Assembly (NCBI RefSeq): GCF_039655775.1
Contig: NZ_JBBYXJ010000001.1
Coordinates: forward strand, 1,427,208 to 1,459,207
Length of the DNA stretch: 32,000 nucleotides
From: Iodidimonas sp. SYSU 1G8
Lineage (GTDB): Bacteria > Pseudomonadota > Alphaproteobacteria > SMXS01
Reading direction: 5' to 3'
Shown: positions 18,651 to 27,900 of the stretch, piece after piece
Layout: each line of letters starts with the position of its first letter
How positions within the stretch are numbered: the first letter of the stretch is position 1
Position numbers and translations under genes: made by a program
The notes under the pieces: generated by a model
What the model was told of the DNA's origin: nothing
The model's input: only the letters and a program-made list of their open reading frames with translations
Databases searched by the model: none

Positions 18651-20458
18651 TCCATCTCTCTCAGAACGAGAAGAGACTTCACCTCATCAAGCATTGTTCG
18701 AGTGCGCGTCCGTATCGCGCACTCGTTCCAGTCGTTACGGGTTGCGAGAGCGCGATTCAGGTACAGGCCGTTCTTGTAGCCTATATGGTCGCCCGCTTCA
18801 TTAACCCGGTCCCGCTTCTTCTCGAAGGTCATTGTGCCTAGACGGGAATTGTAACCGCTGAGAGTTAGATTGCCCAGTTGATGCGCACTGCGCCGCCTAA
18901 TGTCCTCAGCGCCTTCGCCCTTGCCGGCTGCTTCAAGCATAGAGATCCAGTCGTCGGATAGGTTCTCTGTTTTCGGCAGGATGTGCTCAACTGTGAAGAT
19001 AGGGCGGCCATGCGGATCCTGCGCCCATAGGTCGCGCCGATTTTCCAGTGTCTGATGAGCCTCTTCCAGCTTGCACAGCATGAAGCGCGTTACATCGTAG
19101 TTTTCCACATATACATCGCCAGCAAGCTTCGCATCACAGATCTCTTGTAACGGTGCTTTGCTCATAAGCCATTGACGCGACGCCTTAATAAAATCGTTCA
19201 GGTCCTCGTATCCTCCCTTACGGAGAGGACCAATAAGATGGGCGACTAACTCCATGAACATCGGATCGAGTTCGCGAGTAGGCGGCATATCGGTCAGATT
19301 GCGCCAGAAGAACCACTTGGTGAGCAAAGACGCCAAGCGGTGAACTGCATCGCCCTCACTCCATTTCTGGCTTTGTGCAACCTGGCAGGTCCAAAGCAAG
19401 AATGCGTAAGCCGGCGCGGCCCCCAGGCGTTGGAGGTCCTGCAGGGCTGCTGCAGCGGCGTCGCCCCATTGCTCTCGCGCGGCGGTAGGGTTTAGCAACG
19501 CCGAATAGGTCTTTCCTTTAGTTTGCAATGCTTCAAACAGCCAGACTGGGCGTTTGCGCAGCAAAGTGTCGTAGATGGTAATCAGATTTGAGCGTGTGGC
19601 TCGGGTGCAGCCTTTAACCTCGACCTGCTTGAGGTACTTGAACATGTTGTACAACTGGCGCAGGAAACGCTCCTGAACCGCCGGGTCGGGCAGCGCGTCG
19701 ACAAGGTCCTTCCACTCTTCAAACGCACGGTCGATGCCGTAGTCGGGGCGCTTGTCCAGCTCGGCCAATAGGTTGTTCTTGATGATGTCGATGGCCGAGA
19801 GTGGAATGCCCCGGTTGTTGATCGACTCGAACAACATGAAAGCGTCAGAGTGGCTGCGCACCTCGATCTTCACCAACATTGCGGCCTTAAGCTTTTCCAG
19901 CAGAGCCAGTGCTTGATCTTGCGAAAGACCATCGAGACGCTCAGAGAAATAATTGTAGGCGCGCGCGATGCGACGGTTACCAAAGTAGCTCAAGCCCTTC
20001 GGGGCCTTTACCTGCTTGGGAAACAAATCGCTCAGCACTTTCTGAAAGTCGGATTTGTTCTGCGCTTGCTCACTGGGTTCTAGGCGCCAGTGTCCGGTCG
20101 CGCGAACGAAAATGCGGCTTTCCAGGTTGTCTAGCTCGACCAGCAGACGGCGATCCGGGTTCGGAATGGCGTTAAGCTTGTTGTAAAACGCACAGAACAG
20201 CAGGCTGATGGTGGTAAACCGCTGTTGGCCGTCGATCAACTCGAGCCGACCACCCGCCATGCTGTCCTGCTGGGCATTCACGCAAATGATGGAACCCAAG
20301 AAGTGCCCGCTGGGTGACTCTTCCAGGTCGTTGAATAGGGAATCCCAGTTCTTGGCGCCCCACACATACTCGCGTTGGTACTTCGGAATGAAGAACGACG
20401 TTGCGCCATCGGGGCTGAAATAGAAGCTGACGGGCAGCGCTTTGACGTCCTGGATCAT
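18647..20458 (-). CDS. DUF262 + DUF1524 (GmrSD-family) type IV restriction endonuclease-like protein, BrxU-like (603 aa)
   Basis: Start placed at ATG 20458 (MIQDVKALPVSFYF...), which overlaps the pglX C-half stop as ATGA. The 78 upstream codons of the track ORF lie inside pglX. DUF262 strings: IPKYQREYVWG and LIDGQQRFTT. DUF1524 His-Me finger strings: FTVEHILPK and HQLGNLTLSGYNSRLG. Confidence 0.85.
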   Translation of the reverse strand: MIQDVKALPVSFYFSPDGATSFFIPKYQREYVWGAKNWDSLFNDLEESPSGHFLGSIICVNAQQDSMAGGRLELIDGQQRFTTISLLFCAFYNKLNAIPNPDRRLLVELDNLESRIFVRATGHWRLEPSEQAQNKSDFQKVLSDLFPKQVKAPKGLSYFGNRRIARAYNYFSERLDGLSQDQALALLEKLKAAMLVKIEVRSHSDAFMLFESINNRGIPLSAIDIIKNNLLAELDKRPDYGIDRAFEEWKDLVDALPDPAVQERFLRQLYNMFKYLKQVEVKGCTRATRSNLITIYDTLLRKRPVWLFEALQTKGKTYSALLNPTAAREQWGDAAAAALQDLQRLGAAPAYAFLLWTCQVAQSQKWSEGDAVHRLASLLTKWFFWRNLTDMPPTRELDPMFMELVAHLIGPLRKGGYEDLNDFIKASRQWLMSKAPLQEICDAKLAGDVYVENYDVTRFMLCKLEEAHQTLENRRDLWAQDPHGRPIFTVEHILPKTENLSDDWISMLEAAGKGEGAEDIRRRSAHQLGNLTLSGYNSRLGTMTFEKKRDRVNEAGDHIGYKNGLYLNRALATRNDWNECAIRTRTRTMLDEVKSLLVLREME

Positions 20459-22356
20459 TCTTCGCCCCCAGCCTTCTTTTTGCGGGCCTTCTTCGGCTGG
20501 TTTTCCGGCTCGACGTACAGGTGCTCCAGGTCGTGCGCGATGGCCAGCGACTTGTCGGTCTTGCATTTCTCGCGCACGCGGTCGGGCCAATAGGCCATGG
20601 CCAGATGCGCCCAGTCGAAGTCGCCCTTTACCAGCCTGGCCCAGGTGTCCTTCAGAACCTTCTGCCAAGGCTTGTGGCGGAACAGCTGCCATAGGGGGGC
20701 TGCAGTGATTTGGACGCCGTCGTCATGGTTCGGTCGATAGGCCGGCGCGATCTGCAGCAGGGTGTCGCGCAGCTCTATCAGCTCCAGCTCGAGGGTTTGG
20801 AGCCCCTCGAACGCCTTCTCGTCGTCGCGCGAGCGGGCGGCGCCCTTGTCGCGCAGCGTGGTGGCATCGCGGCTGACTTCGCGAAGCTTCCGATCCACGA
20901 AGTCGTTCACGGCGGAATAGAGCGTCTGGCTGGTCAGGCTGGGGTAGTAGAGCCAGAGCGTGTAGCTGCCTGAACTGGTCGAGATCGGCCAGTAGATCGG
21001 TGCCTTGCGGCGGCTCTTGCTGTATTGCCTCAGGTGCAGGGGGAAGAAGTCCCGTTGGAGCCAGCGGCGCATATCGGCGGGCACTGGGGCTTCGACGCGG
21101 GCGAGCACTTCCTCGATCAGGCGGGCGAGGTCATGCGGATGCCCCTGGTCGTCCACCAGGATGCCGGAATGGGCATGGAACGGCTCCGCACCGTCAGGCA
21201 GCATGCCGGGGCTCTTGGCGGGCAGCGGGTCAAAGGGTTCCGGTTCGGGCGGGGCAGCGCGCTCGCCAGTGGCCAGGCGCCAGTCGAAACGGCTGAAAGC
21301 GACGCCCGCAGCCCAGCTGAGCAGTCCGTCAGTTTGGTCTATCGCTTCGGCGCCATCGTCGTCTTCGCTATAGTCGGCATCCTCAGTAGTGTCGCTTGCA
21401 TCCTCGTCCGCCGTGCCAGACAACCCGAGCGCAGCGGCGCGGTCTTCGTCGCTGAACCCGTAAAGATCAAAGGCGATGTCATCGATCTCGGCCTGGATGA
21501 CAGCCAGCTCGGCTTCAATCGACGGCGGGTCGTAGTCTCCAAGACGTGCGCGCAACGCCGCGGGCAAATGAAATGCGTGTGAGGTTTCCGATACGGTGTC
21601 GAGCCCTCTTTTGAGAGACCAGGCCCGCAGTCCGTGTTCCTTCAGCTGAGTTGAAATATCCCGCCTCAACTCTGGCCAGGGCATGATTTGGAGGATTCCA
21701 ACGATAAATTCTGGATATCCAAACCGACCTAAAGCCGTCTTAAAGAGATAGTCAAATGGCGAACTGTTGAACAGTGCCAGTGTACTTAGCTCTTCCTTTG
21801 GCTCTGGAAACGCAGAATAGCCTCTAACAGAGAATACGCATTCTCTCGGAAGCGCTTGAGGCGAAAACCTCTTGGCGCGGAGAGGCCATGTCAAACCAGC
21901 CCTCCGAAAGTACTCAATATTTTGAGGGCGTGAATTAAGTTTTCCAGTGTCAGGATGAAAGAAGTTTCGAATTTCTGCTCCCTGGTTTCTCCAATTCACC
22001 GTTAGAAAGATGTCGTGATAGAATGGCGAAAATGAACCACCCTTTGCAAACCCAGGCCAGCGATCAACGTCTGCAGTTATTTCCCACCATGCCCTAACAA
22101 AGCGGAAGTCATCAGCTGTTGCCAGCCCTTGTCTAACTGCACGCCCGTTGCTTTCAAACTGAGAAAAATCTTGAAAAATTCGGCGAAGTTTTTCGCTAAC
22201 CCAATAAGCGAACGGGGCACCTGGAACCGACCGAAACGCGTAAGGCTCAACTTCGCAGATCTGCGGAGAGTTAAGATTATTTCGAAAGCCGTTACAGGCT
22301 TCGCTCAGGCTGCGGGATTTGTCTGCTTCCGACAACAATCTCAGGAAAACCGTCAT
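20455..22356 (-). CDS. pglX: PglX C-terminal half (target-recognition and C-terminal regions) as a separate 633-aa ORF
   Basis: ATG 22356 overlaps the stop of the N-half as ATGA (22353-22356). It begins with the PFAYWVSEKLRRIF-type segment that in single-chain type IIG/BREX methyltransferases follows the catalytic domain. It contains an acidic tract at nt 21328-21423. Confidence 0.8.
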   Translation of the reverse strand: MTVFLRLLSEADKSRSLSEACNGFRNNLNSPQICEVEPYAFRSVPGAPFAYWVSEKLRRIFQDFSQFESNGRAVRQGLATADDFRFVRAWWEITADVDRWPGFAKGGSFSPFYHDIFLTVNWRNQGAEIRNFFHPDTGKLNSRPQNIEYFRRAGLTWPLRAKRFSPQALPRECVFSVRGYSAFPEPKEELSTLALFNSSPFDYLFKTALGRFGYPEFIVGILQIMPWPELRRDISTQLKEHGLRAWSLKRGLDTVSETSHAFHLPAALRARLGDYDPPSIEAELAVIQAEIDDIAFDLYGFSDEDRAAALGLSGTADEDASDTTEDADYSEDDDGAEAIDQTDGLLSWAAGVAFSRFDWRLATGERAAPPEPEPFDPLPAKSPGMLPDGAEPFHAHSGILVDDQGHPHDLARLIEEVLARVEAPVPADMRRWLQRDFFPLHLRQYSKSRRKAPIYWPISTSSGSYTLWLYYPSLTSQTLYSAVNDFVDRKLREVSRDATTLRDKGAARSRDDEKAFEGLQTLELELIELRDTLLQIAPAYRPNHDDGVQITAAPLWQLFRHKPWQKVLKDTWARLVKGDFDWAHLAMAYWPDRVREKCKTDKSLAIAHDLEHLYVEPENQPKKARKKKAGGEE

Positions 22357-24254
22357 ATCCGCTTCTCCAGCACATAAGCCGCCGCTTCTACCATTGCGTC
22401 ATCCATCACACCGAGGCCGAGATCGGCCATGACCTCTGGCTTGGCGATTGCGAGCACAACCTCCTCCCGCCATTTTTGAAAGCTCGATAGAAAGAAACAG
22501 GTTCGTGAAGTAATCGCCCCAATGCGAGAACCGCTTCGCATCAAGGACAGGCCCCGCTCTACAAAAATCGCTAAAAGGTCATTCTTACTGTTTGGGTAGG
22601 CTTTCGTCATTTCTGCCTTAGTTGACGAAGCGAGCGCGCCGAATGGAGGGTTCATCACTACAACGTCGAAAACTTCGCGGCAGTGATCGATCATAAGAAG
22701 GCCCTGAAGCGCATCGTCAGCAAACAGTCGCCCCTGATAGGTGGACCGCGCAGCGCGTGCGAACTCGGTCAGGGCGTCCCGTAGACGTACCTCAGCCTTC
22801 CGCCACTGCGCCACGTCTTCTTCGCGGAAGAGGTCGCCATGCTCGCCAAACACAGCGCGCACAAGGGCAGGTAGTTCCCTCTCAACTTGCAGCAGCACCC
22901 CAAGCTCCGGCAAGCCCTTGAGCACGAACAGCGTCTTCTCGAACAGCTCTGCATCCAGGGGGTCGAGCTCTTCCATGAACCGCTTTCGCAAGTCCACCTC
23001 GGCCGGGGGCGCGACGGCCGCCACCACATGCCCACGCCCCACCTGAGGCCGGTCCTTGGCCTTCACGCCCGCCTGATGCCAGGCGCGTTGCGCACGCAAC
23101 CACAGCGCCAGCGACGCGATCTGCGCCGCGCGCGGGTCGATATCGACGCCATAGATGTTGTGCTCAATGATCAGCCGCGGCACGTCGCGCAGGAAGGCAT
23201 CCTGGTCGGCATAGGTTTCTGGCAAAGGCTTCAGATCGGGGCTGCCGCCGGTTGCCCGATCCAGCTCGTTCGGGCCATTAGACTGCTCCCAATCCCATGC
23301 CTCGCGATAGATCGCCTGGAACAGGTCGAAGGCATAGAGCCCGAAATGCATCGAACCGCAGGCCGGATCGAGCAGCTTGATCGTGCGCGGATCGCGCAGG
23401 CGGCCAAGCGGCTCGGACGCCTCATCCGGTTTCACCAGCAGGTACTGGCAGCGATCGCGCAAGCAGGTCTCCCCGCCCGTCCAGTTGAACCAGAGCCGCC
23501 CCAACGTGTTGTCGACCAGGAACTCCACCACATAGCGCGGGGTGAAGAACTGGTTGCGCACGGCCAGTTCACGGCTGTTGCGCGGCGCTTGAGACGCCTC
23601 GCGCATCGCTTTGCGCTCTTCCTTCGAATTGAAGTACTGGTAGATCCAGCCGATCGTCTCGTCCTCGGCCCAGAGCGATGCCAGATCGGGGGCAAGCAAT
23701 TCTTGTAGCACATCATTTAGCGCAGGCTCTCTCGGGAAAAGGAGGCTCTGCGGCGCGTGTCGGTCGAACAGCGAGGTGAGGTCGGCGGCGAAGTGGTCGA
23801 ACAGGCTGAACAGGTAGATCTGATAGGCCTCTCCGGTTTCTCCCAATGCACCATTGACGACCGCCTGATAGAGCCGAAAACCTTGCGACTGCGTTCCTCT
23901 GCCGATGGATTCCGTGATCAAGCCTCGAACTTCCATCATGCGCAGTGCGGCAAGGCGGTTCAGCACGGTGAAGGCCTGCTCCCGCACAATGCGCTTCAAG
24001 ACGTTTCGCCGCGCCGCGCCTCCAGTGTCGCTTTCGGCGGCGAGGTAATGGTCTAGAATTTGCCGCAGAACGCTCGCCGTTTCCAACCGCCGATCATCCA
24101 GATGGACGAGGCTCTCGAGATCCGCTGAATTGCCGGTCATCGGGTCCAGACCGTAGACCTGCTGAAGTTGACGTGTGAACTCTTCGGTGAGGATGCCCCG
24201 CACCTTTCCGACAAAGCGGTTCAGGCGCGCCCTCGTTGCATCATCAAAGGCCAT
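22353..24254 (-). CDS. pglX: PglX N-terminal half: N6-adenine DNA methyltransferase domain (633 aa)
   Basis: ATG 24254 lies 3 nt after the brxC stop. The AdoMet-binding motif is KLLDPACGSMHFG, and the catalytic motif IV is DVVVMNPPFG (NPPF = nt 22641-22652). FTPRYVVEFLV is typical of the Eco57I/MmeI-like gamma-class methyltransferases used by BREX. Confidence 0.9.
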   Translation of the reverse strand: MAFDDATRARLNRFVGKVRGILTEEFTRQLQQVYGLDPMTGNSADLESLVHLDDRRLETASVLRQILDHYLAAESDTGGAARRNVLKRIVREQAFTVLNRLAALRMMEVRGLITESIGRGTQSQGFRLYQAVVNGALGETGEAYQIYLFSLFDHFAADLTSLFDRHAPQSLLFPREPALNDVLQELLAPDLASLWAEDETIGWIYQYFNSKEERKAMREASQAPRNSRELAVRNQFFTPRYVVEFLVDNTLGRLWFNWTGGETCLRDRCQYLLVKPDEASEPLGRLRDPRTIKLLDPACGSMHFGLYAFDLFQAIYREAWDWEQSNGPNELDRATGGSPDLKPLPETYADQDAFLRDVPRLIIEHNIYGVDIDPRAAQIASLALWLRAQRAWHQAGVKAKDRPQVGRGHVVAAVAPPAEVDLRKRFMEELDPLDAELFEKTLFVLKGLPELGVLLQVERELPALVRAVFGEHGDLFREEDVAQWRKAEVRLRDALTEFARAARSTYQGRLFADDALQGLLMIDHCREVFDVVVMNPPFGALASSTKAEMTKAYPNSKNDLLAIFVERGLSLMRSGSRIGAITSRTCFFLSSFQKWREEVVLAIAKPEVMADLGLGVMDDAMVEAAAYVLEKRI

Positions 24255-24257
24255 GGC

Positions 24258-27200
24258 TCAACCCTCGCCGATGACGAAGTCAAAGTCGCAATAAGGCGCG
24301 TCGATCCGCAGCGCCCGTAACCGCTCAATCAGGATATCGAGGTCCTCGGCCGACGAGACTTTTGCCGGCACGGTGATCCTGCGGCGGGTTTTCTCCGGTG
24401 TTTCCTGTCCTCGGACGATCTGGGCGGAAGGCGGAGCTAGACGCTGCCTCCCTTCCGCCGCAACCTTTTTTTTGAGCTGGTCAATAGTGGTGGTGAGATC
24501 GTACTGGCCCGCAAGGAGCTTCTTCAGTCCGCCGATCGTAGCATCCACGGCAGGTACCATGTTGCGTAGCTGCGCCAGGGAGTCCCGCTGTTCCTCGGTG
24601 GTGAGTTGCGCCCACTCGGGCAGGCGGGCCAAGTCCGCGTCCGCGCTTACGACCAGATCCTCCTGCAACTGCCCGAGCCGGTGCACAGCGGCCGCAACCT
24701 GCGCCTCCATCGCCGTCAGCCGGCTGCTGATGTCGTCGGCGTACTCGAAAAAGGTCCGCTGTCCCAGGCGGTCAGCCACAAGGGCGAGATCATCAGCGAT
24801 CGCCGCCCGCAGCTCGCCGGGTATTCCGGTCGCAGGCAGATCACCGACGTCACGCTCGAAATCCCGCAGGTGCCGAAGGGTCGCTTCCAGGCCGTCATCG
24901 AATGCCCGCTTGAGCTTCCCTGCCCATAATAGCTCATCGTGAAGAGCTGATTGCTCCCCGCCGAAGGCCTGAGGCGCCTCTGACGCATCGGACAGCAGCA
25001 GGTCGGCAATCTGGCGGTTGACGGACTCCATCGTGTCGGTTCCGGGCAGCCGCAGTGCCGAAAGCCGTCCTCCGAGGGGGGACAAACGGTGCTGCAGCTC
25101 AGGAAGCAGCTTCTGGGCTTTCTTGCTGATCTCCTCTTCCAGAGGCAGCACGTCGTCGCCCGAAAGGTCGCGCAATCGCTCCGCAGCGCGCAGCAGCACA
25201 TCCATGGACGGGCGGTCATGCCGAAGGGAGACCCCAATCGATTTGAAGGCATTGTTGGTCTTCAGCGCCTCGATGGCCTGCTGACCGACCGCCGTGACCT
25301 CGCGGCCGCCGACCTTGAGCTTGATCTCGCTGGCAAGGAGAAGTGCCGCGACGAGGTAACGGGTCGTGTCCGGAGACCAGCCGAACGGATGATCAGAGAA
25401 GTGCTCGAGCAGCTTTTTGCCCTCGATCACTCCATTCCGCTCAACGACATCGCGAATGCTGACGAGCGCCTTGTGCTTGGTTTCGATGCTCGGTTGGCCG
25501 CGGTCAAGGCGAACGAGGCTCAGCGGATCGAGCTGGGATGTGATGGCTCGAAGGTTGGGTGCCCGCAGAAACTTCTCGGGCAGCGCCGTGTCGACGCGCT
25601 CTCCCGCTTCCGGATAGCGATCGTAAATTTGGGACGCAGCATCACCGATGTGCTTTTTCGCCGCCAGCGGAAGCTGGGGATCGAGACTTTCGACGGCGGT
25701 GGAAGTGCCGCGAAAGATGTATGCGCCTTTGGCTAGTCCACGCGACAGGGACAGCTTGAGCTCATTATGCAGCTTGGCGGCGCGGTCGCTTTGGCTGGCG
25801 CAATACTCCTTCACCTCCTGATCAGGGTCGTTACGGTGAAGTTCGACAATGCGCGCACAGCGATAGATTTCGGTTGCCTTGTCCATGGCGTCGGCCGGCA
25901 TGGACCCAAGGAGGTAGATCGTCGTCGACATTAGCCGCTGCCGGGATTCCTCGACCAGCTTTGTCCGGTCGGCATCGAACTCACCGGGCTCCGATAGAGC
26001 GATGAGGGTCTGAACGGTTTCCCGCTCTCCCGTCAGGGTGGTAGGGCGGCCGGAAACCAGACGCTTCAAGCCCGTAGTGACGGTCAGATTGCCGAAGATG
26101 CGCGCCGATGGGGGCGGGTCGAACACTTCGGCGAGTGCGGTATTGAAAATGCGCTGGACGTCGGTTGTGCGGAGCGGAATCTGCAGCCGTTCCTGCTCCA
26201 CATCGTTCAGTCGCTCGCTGAAGAAGCGGAGGCTGCCGTCCTTTTCGCCCAGCGGGACGAACTGGTTTCTGATCATGGCATCGACGGCAGATTTTACCGC
26301 GTCCAGCACGGAAGCTGTGTCGACCTGGGGATGCATCAATGCCGCAACATTCTCAACGGTTGCGGGAATGTTGGCCAATATCTGTAGCACGACGACCGTC
26401 TTTGCGACCGCCTGAACCGTTGCGTTGTCTGGGAACTGGACGATGACCTTGTCTACCGCGGTGTGGAGCGACGGAAATGCGCGGCGAATGTCGCGCTCCA
26501 GGGAATCATAAAGCGTGACCGTGGTCGCCAGCCAGCCGGTCGGACGGTCGGCAACCGGCGGCTGATAAACGCTCGGTTCGACCAGAACGTCCTGGATGAC
26601 TTTGATCGCGGAACGCAAGCCGATGCCGCCGGTCGATTTGGCGAGGGCACCAAGGAGGCGCAGCAGGATCTCGAAATGTGCCGGGAGAAACGGGTAGAGA
26701 TTGATGAAGGCCTGGCGATCAAAACCGGCATCGTAGAATTTCGCATCAGCCAGCTTGGTATTGTGACGAAGCGCCTGGCCGTGGCGATCGAACAGGCCGC
26801 CGAGCTCGGCCTCACCGGCAGCCGACTTACCTAACAGGCGGCGATAGCAGATTTCCTTGATATCGCTCGATTCCAGTTCAACCGAGATCGGGAACCGGTC
26901 CTTGAGCTTGAACAGCAGGGGCGAATTGATCGCCATGCGAGGATCGTCTTCGGTCAGCGTTTGCTGGGCCGTGCCGAACATCCATACCTTGCCATGGCCG
27001 ATATTCTTGATGTTCTCGGCGAGCCCTTGAAGGTCGTGGATCTTTCGCGTGTCGCCTCCGACATACTCGCCGATTTCGTCGATCACGAAGACGACGTGGT
27101 CTTTGCCTGTCTCCTCGCGGATAACGTCGATCATCTCCTGAACGCGGTCGTTCATGAGGTAGATCATATCGCTTGTGGCCGCGGAGAAAGCCTGATCGCT

Positions 27201-27869
27201 CTGGAACAATAAGGGATACATCTCGTAGGCGAGCGCGGGCAGCAGACTATCGACCACCAGTTCGTCATTGTGGTAATCGGTCCATATCTCACCGGTCTGA
27301 TCGGCGAACAGCTTGACGAATTCTTCGTAGCGGCCATCCCGCTTGAGCTTGCGTTCCAGGGCCGCCACCTTGAGGTTTCGCGAATACCCCAGTTGCTGCA
27401 GCACCTTGTGGTAGAGGACGGTTGAAACCTCGGCGAGCGTGGCGCCGGCTATTTGCTGACTGGCAAGGTCCAGAAGGATGACCGCTGCGGACAGGCGAGA
27501 AGCAACCGCGTTCAGCAAGGCCTTGGTCTGAGGGCGGCGCAGACGGTCGTATAGGTGGCGCAGAAACGGCTGGCCATCAACGATCACCCGCTGGTCGAGC
27601 GCGAGCCCGAGATACTTCGTGAATGAGCTCTTGCCCGAGCCGTAGAAGCCCGAAACCCAGACGCCGACTTCATGGCTGCCATCGCTGTCGAGCGCTGCCT
27701 GAATGTTCTCGAGCAGTCGCTCCAGCTGCTGATCGATACTGTCCGTGACGATGTACTCGGAAATCTCGGCCTTGAGGCGCTCCTCCTGGGAGGCCTGATA
27801 GGAAATGACTTTTTCGATGGAGCGTTCGATGCCTCGTTGCGGATCGAAAAGAGAGCGAATCTGCGTCAT
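24258..27869 (-). CDS. brxC: BREX BrxC, large P-loop ATPase (1,203 aa)
   Basis: Start placed at ATG 27869 (MTQIRSLFDPQRGIERSIEKV...). The 82 upstream codons of track ORF 24258..28115 overlap brxB and look non-coding. Walker A is VSGFYGSGKSSF (nt 27627-27650). Size and position after brxB fit BrxC. Confidence 0.9.
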   Translation of the reverse strand: MTQIRSLFDPQRGIERSIEKVISYQASQEERLKAEISEYIVTDSIDQQLERLLENIQAALDSDGSHEVGVWVSGFYGSGKSSFTKYLGLALDQRVIVDGQPFLRHLYDRLRRPQTKALLNAVASRLSAAVILLDLASQQIAGATLAEVSTVLYHKVLQQLGYSRNLKVAALERKLKRDGRYEEFVKLFADQTGEIWTDYHNDELVVDSLLPALAYEMYPLLFQSDQAFSAATSDMIYLMNDRVQEMIDVIREETGKDHVVFVIDEIGEYVGGDTRKIHDLQGLAENIKNIGHGKVWMFGTAQQTLTEDDPRMAINSPLLFKLKDRFPISVELESSDIKEICYRRLLGKSAAGEAELGGLFDRHGQALRHNTKLADAKFYDAGFDRQAFINLYPFLPAHFEILLRLLGALAKSTGGIGLRSAIKVIQDVLVEPSVYQPPVADRPTGWLATTVTLYDSLERDIRRAFPSLHTAVDKVIVQFPDNATVQAVAKTVVVLQILANIPATVENVAALMHPQVDTASVLDAVKSAVDAMIRNQFVPLGEKDGSLRFFSERLNDVEQERLQIPLRTTDVQRIFNTALAEVFDPPPSARIFGNLTVTTGLKRLVSGRPTTLTGERETVQTLIALSEPGEFDADRTKLVEESRQRLMSTTIYLLGSMPADAMDKATEIYRCARIVELHRNDPDQEVKEYCASQSDRAAKLHNELKLSLSRGLAKGAYIFRGTSTAVESLDPQLPLAAKKHIGDAASQIYDRYPEAGERVDTALPEKFLRAPNLRAITSQLDPLSLVRLDRGQPSIETKHKALVSIRDVVERNGVIEGKKLLEHFSDHPFGWSPDTTRYLVAALLLASEIKLKVGGREVTAVGQQAIEALKTNNAFKSIGVSLRHDRPSMDVLLRAAERLRDLSGDDVLPLEEEISKKAQKLLPELQHRLSPLGGRLSALRLPGTDTMESVNRQIADLLLSDASEAPQAFGGEQSALHDELLWAGKLKRAFDDGLEATLRHLRDFERDVGDLPATGIPGELRAAIADDLALVADRLGQRTFFEYADDISSRLTAMEAQVAAAVHRLGQLQEDLVVSADADLARLPEWAQLTTEEQRDSLAQLRNMVPAVDATIGGLKKLLAGQYDLTTTIDQLKKKVAAEGRQRLAPPSAQIVRGQETPEKTRRRITVPAKVSSAEDLDILIERLRALRIDAPYCDFDFVIGEG

Positions 27870-27900
27870 GAACTTGAACCCGATGCTGAAATTGCGGCCG

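Noticed and set aside
20459-20692. 78-codon extension of the GmrSD-like ORF
   Set aside because: It overlaps the pglX C-half coding sequence. The DUF262 homology starts right after Met at 20458.
22887-23708. 273-aa + strand ORF
   Set aside because: It is antisense to the pglX methyltransferase half.
25089-25736. 215-aa + strand ORF
   Set aside because: It is antisense to brxC.
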